Positions 14,796 through 27,755 of a stretch of DNA of 64,000 bases are shown here, one piece after another. The stretch spans positions 1,736,001 to 1,800,000 of the forward strand of contig CM102288.1 of assembly GCA_046563655.1 (NCBI GenBank), read 5' to 3'. A model generated the notes under the pieces. The model ran no database searches. It was not told the origin of the DNA and was given only the letters and a program-made list of their open reading frames with translations. The DNA comes from Yuukianura sp. NJ FZ-2021 (taxonomy: Eukaryota). Made by a program: the position numbers and the translations under genes. Each line of letters begins with the position of its first letter. Within the stretch, counting starts at the first letter, position 1.

Positions 14796-17131
14796 TTTGA
14801 AAAAGATGAGCAGTGTAGATTCAAATCGAAACAAACATTAGTCGGCAATCTAGTGTGAAGAGTTAGGTTGAAGACAACAAAAAATACGGTAGTGAATAGG
14901 AACTGAAGTGGGTACGGTACTTGGTCTTTGCAGTTGGATACAGCGATGAGTGGAATTGGTTGTTTCTGATTTCCAATTGTTCTAAGCGAGTCCTCTCCGT
15001 ATCAGTCCACTGACGAGAATGAAGCGTGATCGTCCAGGCACGGGGGAGTAGTCTACCTTGCACATAACCTACCCCATTTATTAGCATTGCCATCGGTTCT
15101 AGTGCTATCCATATCCACTTCGTTGCTAAAAACCGCCACCACCACCACGGCATAGCAGGGAAAGTTGTACTGGAGAGAAGTTAGAATGTAAACATATTGA
15201 AACAGATTCCTAGTTAGTACAGTTTAGTAAGAGCAGTTAAATACACACACCGGAGTGCAGAGGGTGATGATGAGGTTCTCCAGGACATGGGTTAACCTGT
15301 AACGCAGGGAAAATGTTAGTTCTCATAGTAATCAAGACTCAAGAGGAACGAACGAACTTACACTGTTGTGTGAATGAATTCGAAATGCTTGATTTTGCCA
15401 AATTTTTGCTCTATTTTGCTGAATTCCTTTGTTTGCGGAACAACAGACAAAGAGAGACAAAAGACAAAGAACAGAATCACATAATTCATTTTCATAAGTT
15501 GCCGCGACGGCCGCCAGTCTCATTGGCGTCAACGAGTCTGAAGCGGTGGGTAACACAGTAAGAACAATAGTGATTGGTTGAATTAGCACAACGCACAGTG
15601 GGTTTTGGTAATGTTACTAGCACGCATAAATTCCAACCACTATAGAAGTATTGGTTGATATGGAAAACTTGTCTGTGACATCAAATTTTTAATATTGATG
15701 ACATTTGTAGGCTAATACACTTTAATTTGAATGATTTCTCGGATTTGTCCGGCTTAAAGTAAATTCTGCCGGACAAAACTCAATTTCATCCATCAAAACT
15801 GGATGCGATCTGGATGAAAGTGGCTATCACCTGGACAAAACGCCTGAAAAGGGGGCATATTCAGTACCGTCCCCCGCAGTCGTTTCTCTACTTACGCACT
15901 CCGTCGCAGCAATTTAGCTTAACCATATGTTAAAGTTCAAAACGACACTTTTACATTTTGCTTCCGATTCAATGCTTTCTGATGAATCGAATAAGTTCTA
16001 GCGTCCTATGTCCACAATGTATTTCCTGATTTTCTCTTCCGTATTGTGAACGTATCCGTACTCCAATGCTTAAAATACCTTAAATCCTAACACATCACTT
16101 CAAAATGAAGCTACTATGTTAGTACCGCGCAGATTTGATACCTTCGTTTTATGCGTGCTGGCCCATATCTCAAAACCCATTGTGCAACGTTGAGGCTTTT
16201 AAAATGACTGCCTATTGTCAGAAGAAATTTGAGCGTGACGCTTCTGGGTTTTATGAAACTCTTCGACTCTCCCGCGAGTTTTGCGCAAAAACAAGGACCA
16301 ACAAAACGGAGAAACATTAAAATTTTAACTAAACAGTTTTATTTTTCAGTAAAAACTTTTATTTTAGAAATTTTTATTATGCTCCGTTCCAAAACTATAT
16401 TCCGCCTGTGTATTTTTTTTGCCACCTTTCTTTTGTAACTGTTGAGCGAGACTCCCAGCACTTTGGCTGCGAAGGGGTCACAAAAGAAAGGATACACTCC
16501 CAACGCACAATTTGGGGAAACCAAGTATAAAAGTGATTGATTTTTTAAAACTTTGTTTCACTGATCAGGTTGAGGATCTGTCATTGTTTAGCAAAAGACC
16601 GCGCAATTTCTGGAGGGAAAAGGGGAGTTGAGTTTTCTCCCAAAAGGTGGCTACCTACGATGAGCGCTATCACTATGACCTTGGGACAGTCATTTTAAAA
16701 GCCTCTTACTTAACTAATTGTTGCTTAATTAATTGAACTGAAAGTTATGTTTCCCTGTGGTAAACCCATAGCCAACATCCACACAGTCAGTTATGAAAAC
16801 CTTGATACAGAGTAGTGAGATTCAAAGTCGACTGCGTTTTTACTGCTCATTTTGTCCAGTTGCCATTGCCATTACGTCAAATGTTGGTAGAATTTAATCA
16901 TACTCTAATTGACGAGTGTCCCTCCGTCACAATGGGAAATCCCATGCTAATGCAAACTATAGGTACAAAAAACTCTCTGCTTGGAAGAGTGGAACGATCC
17001 TGGGGTGTCCCTTTTACATTACTTCTCCAAGCACAGACTTCCACAAATTCCATCTCAACTCAGAAACCAAAAGGAGGGGGGGGGTCTGGGGGGGCTTGCC
17101 CCCCCAGCCTTTACAATACATTTTCGATTCA

Positions 17132-17293
17132 ACTAGACGGAACCCGTGATGTTTACACATCGCGAAATTACCTTTAAGCACTAGGTGCATACCTCGGGTC
17201 AAACGAAAAAGCTAGCGGATTTTTGACAAAATGTTCAAAATCATCCTTCCTTCATGTCATCGTGATGTGTAAACATCACGGGTTCCGTCTAGT
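17132..17293. mobile_element. 162-bp element with 34-bp inverted ends, each resembling a Helitron 3' terminus
   Basis: ACTAGACGGAACCCGTGATGTTTACACATCgCGA ... TCGtGATGTGTAAACATCACGGGTTCCGTCTAGT (one mismatch). The right end has an 8-bp-stem hairpin 8 nt before CTAG|T; the left end mirrors it with one mismatch. Confidence 0.6.
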
Positions 17294-18210
17294 AGGCATA
17301 AAGTCAATAAGCTGAAACGATGAAAACATCCGTTACTAGTTTTAAGATTGCTGCTAAGAACTACTTTAAAACGAAAATATGCTAACTGCCTTAGATTTAC
17401 GTAAGCATATTACCGCATCCACATCCGGAAGGAGATATGTCCAGGACTTTAGAATTTTGAAAAAATAAGAATGAGAACATTTTTTTGAAAAAGCAAAAAA
17501 TCCAAACCTTAAAAATCGACGCGTGTCACACGCGGACAGGGCTTTCAAAATTTGCCGCACAAATGAAAGTTATGGTTAGTCAAAGAATTACTTTGAAGGA
17601 TACTTAATGGTCAACGGAAGTGGACATCGGCGATGCCAACTTGTACGCTAAGGACAATTAAAATAATTACTTACTAAATATTTACTAAATAAATAAATAA
17701 TTACCAGTTCAAAGCCAAAGTACAAAGAAAAGAGAAATTTTGTGTTGATAAAATAAAGACATCAATTTTTTTGTCGTCTCGTTTTTAAAATAACGTTGGA
17801 CCATTACAAAAATGATGTATTCTTTGGCATTATTAGCAGATGATAGAAATAGGATATGAATAATTAGCAGTTGTAATTAATAGAAAGAGGATTGGAAAGG
17901 AGTTTTATGATACAGTATAATGACATTCAAAATATTGTGTTAATTATTTTGCAAATTTAAACCCTTGACAATTATTGAAAAATGTGGCAACGCCGTTAGT
18001 ACCTATAACACTGTGGGTGGAGGTTAGAAGAGTGTCTTTTTGTCGAGTTTGACGGCCATTCACATTTGTCGGCAAAACTCTCGTGGTGATTTTACTTTAC
18101 CTTGCTAAAGTAATTGGAAAGCAGCATGGACCGATTTCGAGAGTAGATTTTCAAAAATCTGTTTGAAATTTTGAAAATCGAAAAACTAGAAACGCTGTGC
18201 TGGATTGCAA

Positions 18211-21200
18211 ATGGCGAAGAAAAAGGATAGCATTGATCATGGGGATCGAAATAACCAAGATTCCGAGCCGGATTTCAATGACCCTGAGGGATACGTGGAT
18301 GATATTCCAGATGAAGGTACGTAACTGATAAATTGACCGTGATTGATTGACCTTGTCTTTAACATTGTATTATTGTGTAGAATTGTTTGGAGACATCCTG
18401 CGTACAAGGCCGAAGGAATCAGATGGAGTTGAGAACGTAGTGGCAGTCGATGGAATCCCGCAAGTTGCTGAAGATCGTCTGGAGAAATTGAAAACTGTTG
18501 TTCGAAAAATCTTTGGAAAGTTTGGAACAATCGTGAGCGACGATTTCCCAGTAGGCGAAGGTGGAGTTTCTAAAGGGTGAGGAGTGAGAACAATTGATTA
18601 CTGAATTACATATGGTAGGATCAAGTTAAACTTAACTTTGACTTTGTTTTTCAGGTATTGTTTCATCGAGTACAGCAATTCTGCTTCAGCAGCAGACGCA
18701 GCCAAAACTGCTGATCAATATAAGTTTGACAAGTCTCATACCTTCTGTGTCAACCTCTTCACCGATTTCGATAAGTAAGATATTCTTCTAACTTTTTGTT
18801 CCCCTAAAGTTAAGGTTAGTTCATGATGCTGAACTCTCTCGTTGATACAAAATGAAAGCAACTTTGGCTTAATCTTTTCTGAAGCTAACTTTTACTCTTC
18901 ATAATACCAATTACTGAACAAAACTGTACAGTTTTTACAGAGTTTTCCGTGTTTTAAGGTACGAAAGCATTCCAGAGGAATGGAAAACGCCGGAACCGCA
19001 TGGGTACAAAGACCCTGGCAACTTGTCTTACTATCTTATGGAACCCAAGGCGTACGACCAATACTGCATTGTCAACATTGGAGTAAACAAGAACTTTCCC
19101 GGTAACGATATTCAAGTAGTACTCAACGCTCCTGAGCCCAAAATTCTGTTGAATCGTGGAGGCGGAACTGATACAATTGCCAAATGGTCACCCAACGGTA
19201 CTTACCTTGCCACTTTTCACGGACGTGGTGTGGCCGTCTGGGGCGGAGAAGAGTTTGCCAAAATCAATCGGTTTGCTCATCCCAACGCAGAATTTATCGA
19301 TTTCAGCCCCTGTGAACGGTAAAACCGGATTACTTTTCAGTTTATGCTGATAAGCACGCTGACATTCTTTTTTATAAACAGGTATTTGGTAACATTCGCT
19401 CCTAAAGCAGAACGGCACTACGATAGTAACTCCGAAGTTCTCATTGTGTGGGACATTCGGACAGGGGCAAAGAAGCGAGCCTTTTCTGAACTCCACAAAT
19501 CTCCTTGGCCAATTCTGAAATGGTCACATGATGACAAGTATTTTGCTAAGATTGGACCCGAAACACTTTCCATTTATGAAACACCGGTAAGCCAAACAGG
19601 CTTATTTCTTCATCTTCATTCCAATTAGAATAAAAATACCAAACGAATATTTAATGTTTCTTGCAATCATGGATTTGTAGAAAGTAAGTTTTTTGAAATA
19701 TGTTGACTGAAAGATGGAGCTGGGTCAGCTGAAAAACAAGCAGGAACAGTCAGCTGACAAGCATATCTTTTTTAGCGAATTATTAACGACAAATTTTTAA
19801 AATGGCTTTATAATTTGTCACTATTTTTTTATAGAGTTTTCGTCTTCTGGATAACAAGAGTCTAAAAATCACAGACCTGCGTGACTTCAGTTGGTCTCCC
19901 ACTGACAACATCATTGCGTACTGGGTCTCTGAAAACAAGGATGTTCCTGCCCGTGTTGTTCTTATCGAAATACCAACGTAAGTTACTACTAGGCTTCAAT
20001 TTTTAATTTTACTTCGTATTTTTAGTAATAATCTTTTCTTGTTTAGTCGCAACGAAGTTCGTGCGAAAAACTTGTTCAACGTGGCAGACTGTCGAATGCA
20101 TTGGCAGAAGTCCGGCGACTACCTCTGTGTAAAAGTTGATCGGTACTCCAAAGTGAAGAAAGAGAAGCACGAGAACAAGTACAGTGTAAGTTGACTAAAA
20201 GTTAGTAATTATTAGAGTAATTTAATTTCATGCATACTTTGAATTGTGCAGGGAATGTATTACAACTTTGAGATCTTCCATATGAAAGAGAAGAATGTGC
20301 CGGTTGACAGCGTGTGTGAGTTCAAGGAACCCATCAGTGCCTTTGCCTGGGAACCAGTTGGAAGCAAGTTTGCAATTATCCATGGAGAACAAAACAATAT
20401 CTCAGTCAGTTTTTACGGTGTTCGTAAAGGAGATGCTCCCGTTCTTCTTAGTAAGTTGATTTACTTTACGCTAATATGCAGTTCAATTCCACAAACATCA
20501 GACACACCTTACCCGACTTGCCTCAAAATTTTGAAAAAAAAATATTTTCAATTTTGATATGAAATTCTGTTTCCAAATGTCAAAATTTGAAGTCAGTCAA
20601 AAATTATGCCACCGCTCTCTGCATGTTCTGTGTAACCTGATGTAATTAGATGTGGTATTCTGTGTCTTCGTCGAAAAAATGTAATTCAATTGATTAACTG
20701 ATTTGGTGATGTTTTATTATTATTACAGAAAAATTGGAAAAGAAGAGAGTCAACAGTTTGTTCTGGGCTCCACAAGGACAGTTCTTGGTTTTGGCACTGC
20801 TGAAGGCAGCTGAAGGGCCCCTTGAATTTCTCGACACATCCGACTTTAGTGTGATGAACTCCGTGACCCCTGAACTGACAACCGATATTGCTTGGGATCC
20901 AACTGGACGTTATGTCGTAGGAGCCGTGTCAGCATGGACTGGCAAAGTTGTAAGTGATTTCAATTTAACTTTTCAAAGATTTGGAATCTCCAGCTGAACA
21001 AATTGGCTTTGAATCAATTCAAAATTAATTCTGTTCAGACTTGCCTTCAGGTAAGGAGAATTGAGCTGGAGAAAATCAAAAGGAATAGTTCCACCTCCAT
21101 TTATCGTTTGATATAAAGTGGAGTCTAAGACTGTTCGACAATTACAACAAAAATTCAATCATGCGCTCTTTTTTTAAGGTTTTGATTGATGACCTCCATT

Positions 21201-21686
21201 TTTCTGTCTTTTATAGTCTGACACTGGATTTACCATGTACACCTTCCAAGGAAAAGAGCTTCGTCGAGAGAAAATCATGCGTTTTGGTAATTTATTTTGG
21301 CGACCACGCCCACCCTGTCTCCTGACGCATGCGCAACTGAAGGAATTGAAAAAGAAACTGAAGGAGTACAGTCCGCAGTTTGAAGAGGATGATCGGAAGT
21401 TGCATTCTAAATTGTCCGAAGAAGAAATGCAACGGCGGAAGAACACTGTTTCTGCCTGGAAGGAGTACCGTACACGCAAAGTGGCTCAATACCTGGCTGA
21501 GAAACAAAAACGGCTTATACTCAGGAATCGTAAGTTTCTAAACAGATTAATTGATTGATATTTTAATGGTAACCTAATTGATACATTTTTCTAGATGTGG
21601 ACACGGATGAATTGGACGCAGACAAGAGTTCTATGAATGAGGAGACATTTGAAGTGCTCATCAAGGAAGACATTGTCGAGGAGTAG
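18211..21686 (+). CDS. eIF3b: Eukaryotic translation initiation factor 3 subunit B (RRM plus WD40 propeller), multi-exon
   Basis: MAKKKD...[46 protein letters not shown]...[99 protein letters not shown] at 21684-21686. Confidence 0.97.
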
Positions 21687-21876
21687 TCCACTACTGTTTC
21701 CCGATTATTCTTTAGGTTAGGTTAGGCTGATCCCTGATCTAACCTAATTACTGTTTATTAACTTTAATTATAAAATGCATTATGACTGTTGTCAATGTTT
21801 AGGTGTAAATAGGAGGTCAAAGGTAACAATGAACTTACTGGTAAAGGTATACAGTTTGCATTCAAGGGGTTCAATT

Positions 21877-22076
21877 ATGCCATTTCATCGAATGAATTAC
21901 AACGAAATGAATTTCCCCGAAATCAATTTACAACGGAAGACAAATTACAACTTGCTTTCGTTGGAATTCTACTTTCGTTGTAATTCGCTCCAGGCTTAAG
22001 TTAGCTTTCGTTGTTCGTTTCGCGTAAATTGATTCTGAGAAATCGTTTCGTTGTAATTCATTCGATGAAATGACAT
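21877..22076. mobile_element. MITE-like fold-back element between eIF3b and USP3
   Basis: About 55-bp imperfect inverted ends (ATGcCATTTCATCGAATGAATTACAACGAAA... / ...TTTCGTTGTAATTCATTCGATGAAATGaCAT) with internal TTACAAC/GTTGTAA motifs. TSD not resolved. Confidence 0.6.
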
Positions 22077-22684
22077 GCTCCTCATTGAAGTAACGTTGAA
22101 ATCAAGTTAACTTGGGTGAGGTGCAAGTGTCTGATGGGTGGGGAGGTTTGTTGTCATGTGAGTTGGGAGGATGCGATTGTAGCGACGTTGGGTCTTGTGG
22201 CGGCGGCGTAGAAGACTGCTTGTCCTCCCCTCCCACTTACCATATGCACTTCTTACTGCAGCAGCAGGAGGGGAGGGGTGGTCAAAATAGTACTGTTTTT
22301 GCCCAGGGAGCTCGAATTGGCTGTGTTCCGTGCTGCATTGGGTGGAAAACGTAAGTCCTTTGGGACTTTGTACTGGATTTATTTTAGTTTTTACCAAAAG
22401 GAAGAATTTACATGAACAATAGGATCTCTTCCCTTTCGTATCATCAAACAAGTAGCAAGTTTGTATAGGTCATTGAAGTGCGTACCCTTGTCACCTTTGT
22501 GTTCACTCCGACGTATCGATAGTAAAAGTGTCAGCAGTCATTGTCATTTGAGAAGTTACAGGTCAGGTCAGAAGGACGTCGTCAGAAGTAAAAGCGGAGG
22601 TCAAGGTCACTGGTCAGCTGTCGTGTCACGGGGAAAGCGCTGTGCAAAGAGTAGGTTGACCAGTCGTATTGTGATCGTCAGGGT

Positions 22685-25600
22685 ATGGATTGTCCGCATT
22701 TGAACCTCCATTCGATCCGAGTGCCCAGCTTCTTGGCACCATTTCACTGCTCAGGTCAGTCACACTATTGCTATTGTTTCCTATTTATGTCGGATCCGAT
22801 TTCAGACATGTTCCTATTCCTAAGCTTAAGTTTCATTTTATGGTTTGTTTTGTTATTGTTTGGAATTTAATTGATTGTTGTTGTTTATGTTTTGTGTACC
22901 ATGTACCGTACCAAAACCAAGCAGTTATTCACTTTATTACTAGATATGAAAAGTAGAATAAGAATGGGCGAGAGGAATCCCATTGTTGGTTTGATTAGTT
23001 TTCTGGTTACGATTAACGTAATGAATGGCGAAGGTTAAGGTTACAAAATGTTTAGACTTTAAGCAATAATTAACCATCCATTCAATACAGCGTAAATGGG
23101 AGTTATCGAGTTACGTTTTCATTTACGTTTTATTTTTTTTTTATTTTAGGGTGTCAAACGGTTGAAAGTCCTTGGCTGTGTTTATACTGCGGAGTTATCA
23201 ATTGCGGACGCTACATCAATGGTCATGCTAAGCAACATGCTGAACGGAAGAAGCATCCTCTGGCAGTTGACTGCTATGCTCTCAGTACATACTGCTACGA
23301 ATGTGACGACTACATCACCAACCAACACCGAATTCCCTCCACCGTCTTTGATCGACTCAACACTGTTCATGACCTAACGAGGTCCATTGGCGACAACTCC
23401 AACTCATCATCATCCGATAGCTCCTCCTCATCCACTACTGATATTTCCCTGCTTCGCTCAAATGGATCCACACTTGCCTCTCCGCCCAAAACGTCTCGTC
23501 AACGTCGCCGGAAGGATACTGTCAAGCCAGTACGCAGTCGAGGACGAATGAACAAACCGTTGAAGGAGAATCCTGATCCACCATCCCCACCACCAGCGCC
23601 ACCGTCAGTAGGAAGTACAGCAAGTCGCGGGTTGCCTGGCGGACGGAAACGAAGTTCTGGTCCTTCGGCGATGAGTGGTGACGAGGAATCACGGGTTCGG
23701 AATAGTAATGGAGGTGATCTCAGTAGTAGCCAAAACCTCCTTCCATCTGTGAATCTAAAGAAACAAAGACTGGTTGAAGAGACGTCTTCTGCAAGGAGTG
23801 TCAATGGACTGCAGTCGATTCGAAGCAGAGCCAAGGAAAATGTGTCCAAGGGAGCGAAGCCACTGGGACTTGTGGGGCTGCGTAACCTTGGAAATACTTG
23901 CTTCATGAATTCAGTGGTCCAGTCGTTGTCGTAAGTTAAACATTTTTTAACTTTTTAACTTGCTAAACAGTAATTCTGGCGCATTGGGCAAGTTTTTCTC
24001 GTTTTTTGAAAAGTTTTTGGTTTTAAATGACCTTCCCTAGCAAATTGCATGTTATATGTTGCATGTTTCTTCTTGGATTCGAGCGACTATGAATCGGTAT
24101 TATCGATTTTTTGTGGAGGTGGGTTTGTGTGGTGAAAGAACTGTGAATTACAATGAAGGGGTTGGTAGGATATACGTTAACGTAAGAATTGTTGTACTTA
24201 AGGATAATTTTATGTTTTTATTGAAGTAATTTTCAACTCAAAATGTTTTAGTTTTACAAAATTTTGCTGGATGAAAAGATTAGTGTAGGCGGAAATCTTG
24301 CTTAAAAGTTGATTGCTTAACAACTACTTATAACTCCAAAGTTTAATTTGGCATTTTGTGAAGACGTGGAAGGTTTGACGTCGTCGTTGGTTGAACTGAT
24401 CTCAACAACAACAATTCTCTGAGATACAAAAAGTACAAATAATAAGTTTAGCCAAAGATGAGCGTCGCAGGATTCGAGCAAAAAGTGGTCTGTACTTGTC
24501 GACTACCCGATGGAAACTGAGGTGAAAGAGCCAGAAGATGCTAAGTTTTGCTGCTTTGAAAAAAAAAAGTTGCTTATATTTTTACAAAAAGAGTCCCTGG
24601 GAGATCATTGGTGTGCCAAAAGCGTTTACGCCGTATGTTGGTTATAAGTATACGCCAGGATGCCAGGAAAACTCAAAAAGTGCTTATGGGCAGAATATAC
24701 AAAAGCGAAAAAATCTGGCTGGGTACTTGCGAAAGATTGCTTTTTCTTTCTCCGCAGCAGCAGGAGTCCTATTTCACTTTTCATTTTTACACCTTATCGT
24801 ATGTTTGTGGAAAAAATAGAATCGATCCATCACAAATATGAGGAAATACAGGGAAAATGTTGGAGTTTTTCAGCGGATTTTTGATATCGTCTTTTCAGCG
24901 ATATTTTGCAACCAATTTGTGCAACATGTTATCATTTTTGATTTTTGTTATCGCTAAAAGCCTGTGTGCCAATGGGACATGTCAGCTTTGATTGCATGGA
25001 TTTAGGGATTGCTAAAATTTGAAACGATGTGTTATGATTGATTATGAACATGAAATAAATATTTTGATATTTATGAAAACTTTTTTTAAAATATATTTTA
25101 GGAAAATTCGTGGATTTTCGTGCTACATGGTCCATATCCCACCACCTCATGAGCTCCTGGGAACGAACAACGACGCAAATCAATCGCGACGAATCTACTC
25201 AACTCGCTCTCGTCGCAGGAGCTTATTGGCTGCGTCCTCCTCACAAAATTCCATCAATAATGGAAACGGATTCACTGAAAACGGACTGGAGTTGGGCAGA
25301 AAAGAGGCAATGGAGATTATGAGAGCTGAAGAACTGCTGACGAATGAACTACGCAAGATTTTGATTTTACTCAACACGAAAGGCTCTTCAGCAGTGTCAC
25401 CCGACTCACTCTTTTCTATCATTTGGGAACTTATGCCACGCTTTCGGGGGTACCAGCAACAAGATGCTCATGAGTTTTTGCGGTGAGTGGTGTAATTCAA
25501 ATACAAATGAAAGTAAATGTGAGTTGAAATGAAAATTGAACTTTTTGTGAATTCAGGTACGTGCTGGACCAGATTCACAGCGAGCTCATCCGACTTATTC

Positions 25601-26730
25601 CGACGTTTTCATGGGATGGACGAACTACTAGAAAGTCCAAAGGTGTGGACGGAGGGGGTGACATGTACTTGAAGGACATTGGAGGCAAAAGTCTCAAGAA
25701 TGGGGGATTGTCTGAGCAGTTCGTGTCTGTGTTTGGGTACCACTCAATTGTTACCTCCATGTTTGGCGGTATCCTTGAAAATGAGGCAAATATCTCAACT
25801 TTTATGATTCTGTTGTGATGATTTTTGGTTTTTGAAAATTTTTAACTGTTTTTGTGTTTTTAGGTTCGTTGTTCCAGTTGTGGAACAGAGTCGCGGAAGA
25901 ACGATCCATTTTTGGACTTGTCTCTGGACATTCCAGTGGGTCTGGGAGGAGAAGCTCGCCTAGAAGACTGTCTCTCAAACTTTACGGGTGTGGAGGAGTT
26001 GTCAGATGATGACAAATATTTCTGTTCTCATTGCAAAGATTTACAAAAGTCTACTAAACGCTTTTCAATTCAGCGCCTGCCAAACGTAAGGCAACTGTTG
26101 CTCATCAATTATTTCACTTTTTGGCATGTTTAGAATGAAAAGTTTTGTTTTAAAACTGCGGTTTACTTCTTCTTTCTTAGGTTTTGTGTTTACATCTCAA
26201 AAGGTTTCGATGGTCAAATTACCTTAGGTGAGTTAACAACTAAAGTAATTTTTATAAACTTTTTAGTAGTCCGGGATAAAATGAATTGTCAATTTTTGAA
26301 TTTTTATTATTTGCAGAACCAAATTAGATCACTTTGTTCAGTTTCCAATGACGTCGCTGGATATGTCTGAGTATCTTCTGAATAAGCTGCAACCACGTGG
26401 TTCCTCCAAATCAAAATCCAATTCGTCGAATATGTATGATTTAGCTGCAGTTATTGTCCATCATGGAACCGGGTAAGACAGATTTTTTAAAAATGATACT
26501 AGAAATACTAAAAAGTACTAAAAATAGTATAAGTGAGGCAAATCGTGATTACTTTAGTTGAGTTCTGATTACCGAATAGGGTTGGTTCTGGACACTACAC
26601 GGCCTTTGCGAAGAAGGACTGTCAATGGTATCACTTCAACGACTCAACAGTGAAACTGATTGACGAGTTGTCAGTGTCCAAGTGCAAGGCCTACATCCTA
26701 TTTTATACTCGTAGCGAATTCAAAATTTGA
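22685..26730 (+). CDS. USP3: Ubiquitin carboxyl-terminal hydrolase 3-like (ZnF-UBP plus USP catalytic domain), multi-exon
   Basis: MDCPHL...SPWLCLYCGVINCGRYINGHAKQH...YCYECDDY (ZnF-UBP); Cys box GLRNLGNTCFMNSVVQSLS; PRFRGYQQQDAHEFLRY; His box YDLAAVIVHHGTGVGSGHYTAF...WYHFNDSTV...KAYILFY. TGA at 26728-26730. Confidence 0.92.
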
Positions 26731-27755
26731 GAATCAAGAGAAACTCATCGTTCAATTGGCGCAGGAAACTGAAGATGAAGAACTTGAAGTTTAGCGGTAA
26801 TGTAAAGCAGAGGTGAGGTAGGCAGTTGAGTTGAGAAAGCGAGAGGTCAGGGGGTCACCTTTGTAGAGTAAACAAACGTTTCTTACCTCAAATGTGATTT
26901 TAGAAAGTCTAAAGTATTAGAATCGCTGTAGAGAGTGTGTGGAACTACAGCGGTTACATAAGGTGTGGATGTATGTAATTTAAGAGGAACAGAAAGCGGT
27001 ATGTAATGTTAAGTATGTATTAATATGCCATCCGATCTTAACTAAGGCAGCATGGCTTAAAAGTAGAATTTTTGTTGGTCCATGAACAAATTGTCTCTAA
27101 AAATGTAAATAATATACAGGTTAAGTTATATTCAAGCGAGAAATGCCTAAAAACTGGCATCTCTCTTTAATTTCAGTTTGCAAAAAGACGATTATTGGCC
27201 TCTGTGATTTACAATTTTGAGTTTAGGATTTCAAAATTTTGAATCTGAAAAAGCAAGAATTACTCTGAAAATGGTTACCTTTTTGAAAATTCTCTTCCAT
27301 TCTATATGTCTTAGAAATTGTTCAAATTCGTGTTAATTGTTTGCCGATCTAAAGTTCAAAGTTCATCTTACCCTCAAATTCAGAAAAGTTAACTCAACTT
27401 TAAGTTAAAAACCGGAACTAAATTAGTAAATATATAAATCACTTTGCGAGATCTACTTAATTTGCAGATTAAAAGGGAGTAAATATTTAATAATCAGCTC
27501 TCGAGGGAACTTAAAATTAGAAATCTATAGGGTCAAAGTTGACATTGACGACTGCGCAAAGGAGTGAAGGAAGAAAAGAATTGATATTTTGATACCCAGT
27601 TGACGAGATCAAATTATGTTATACTAAACCTATAACAGCGATTTCTCTTGTCAGTTTAAGTTTAAGGGCTCTCTGTGGCAATTTCTAAGGGGCTTTTAGT
27701 TATAATATCGATTAGTGCACTAAATCTTTTTTGAGTAGTTTTTAAACTAAAGTTT

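Noticed and set aside
15720..16530. Possible further transposon remnants upstream of the BTB gene
   Set aside because: The composition is suggestive (GGAT/ATCC motifs, MITE-like stretches), but no paired TIRs or TSD could be established.
21711..21747. Telomeric array or structured RNA (TTAGG x3 followed by CTAACCTAA)
   Set aside because: Only three units and a 9-bp stem just after the eIF3b stop; too short to support a call.
22107..22451. Separate small gene upstream of USP3
   Set aside because: More simply explained as a USP3 5' UTR exon (donor aaac|gtaagt near 22351); the ORFs show no recognisable homology.
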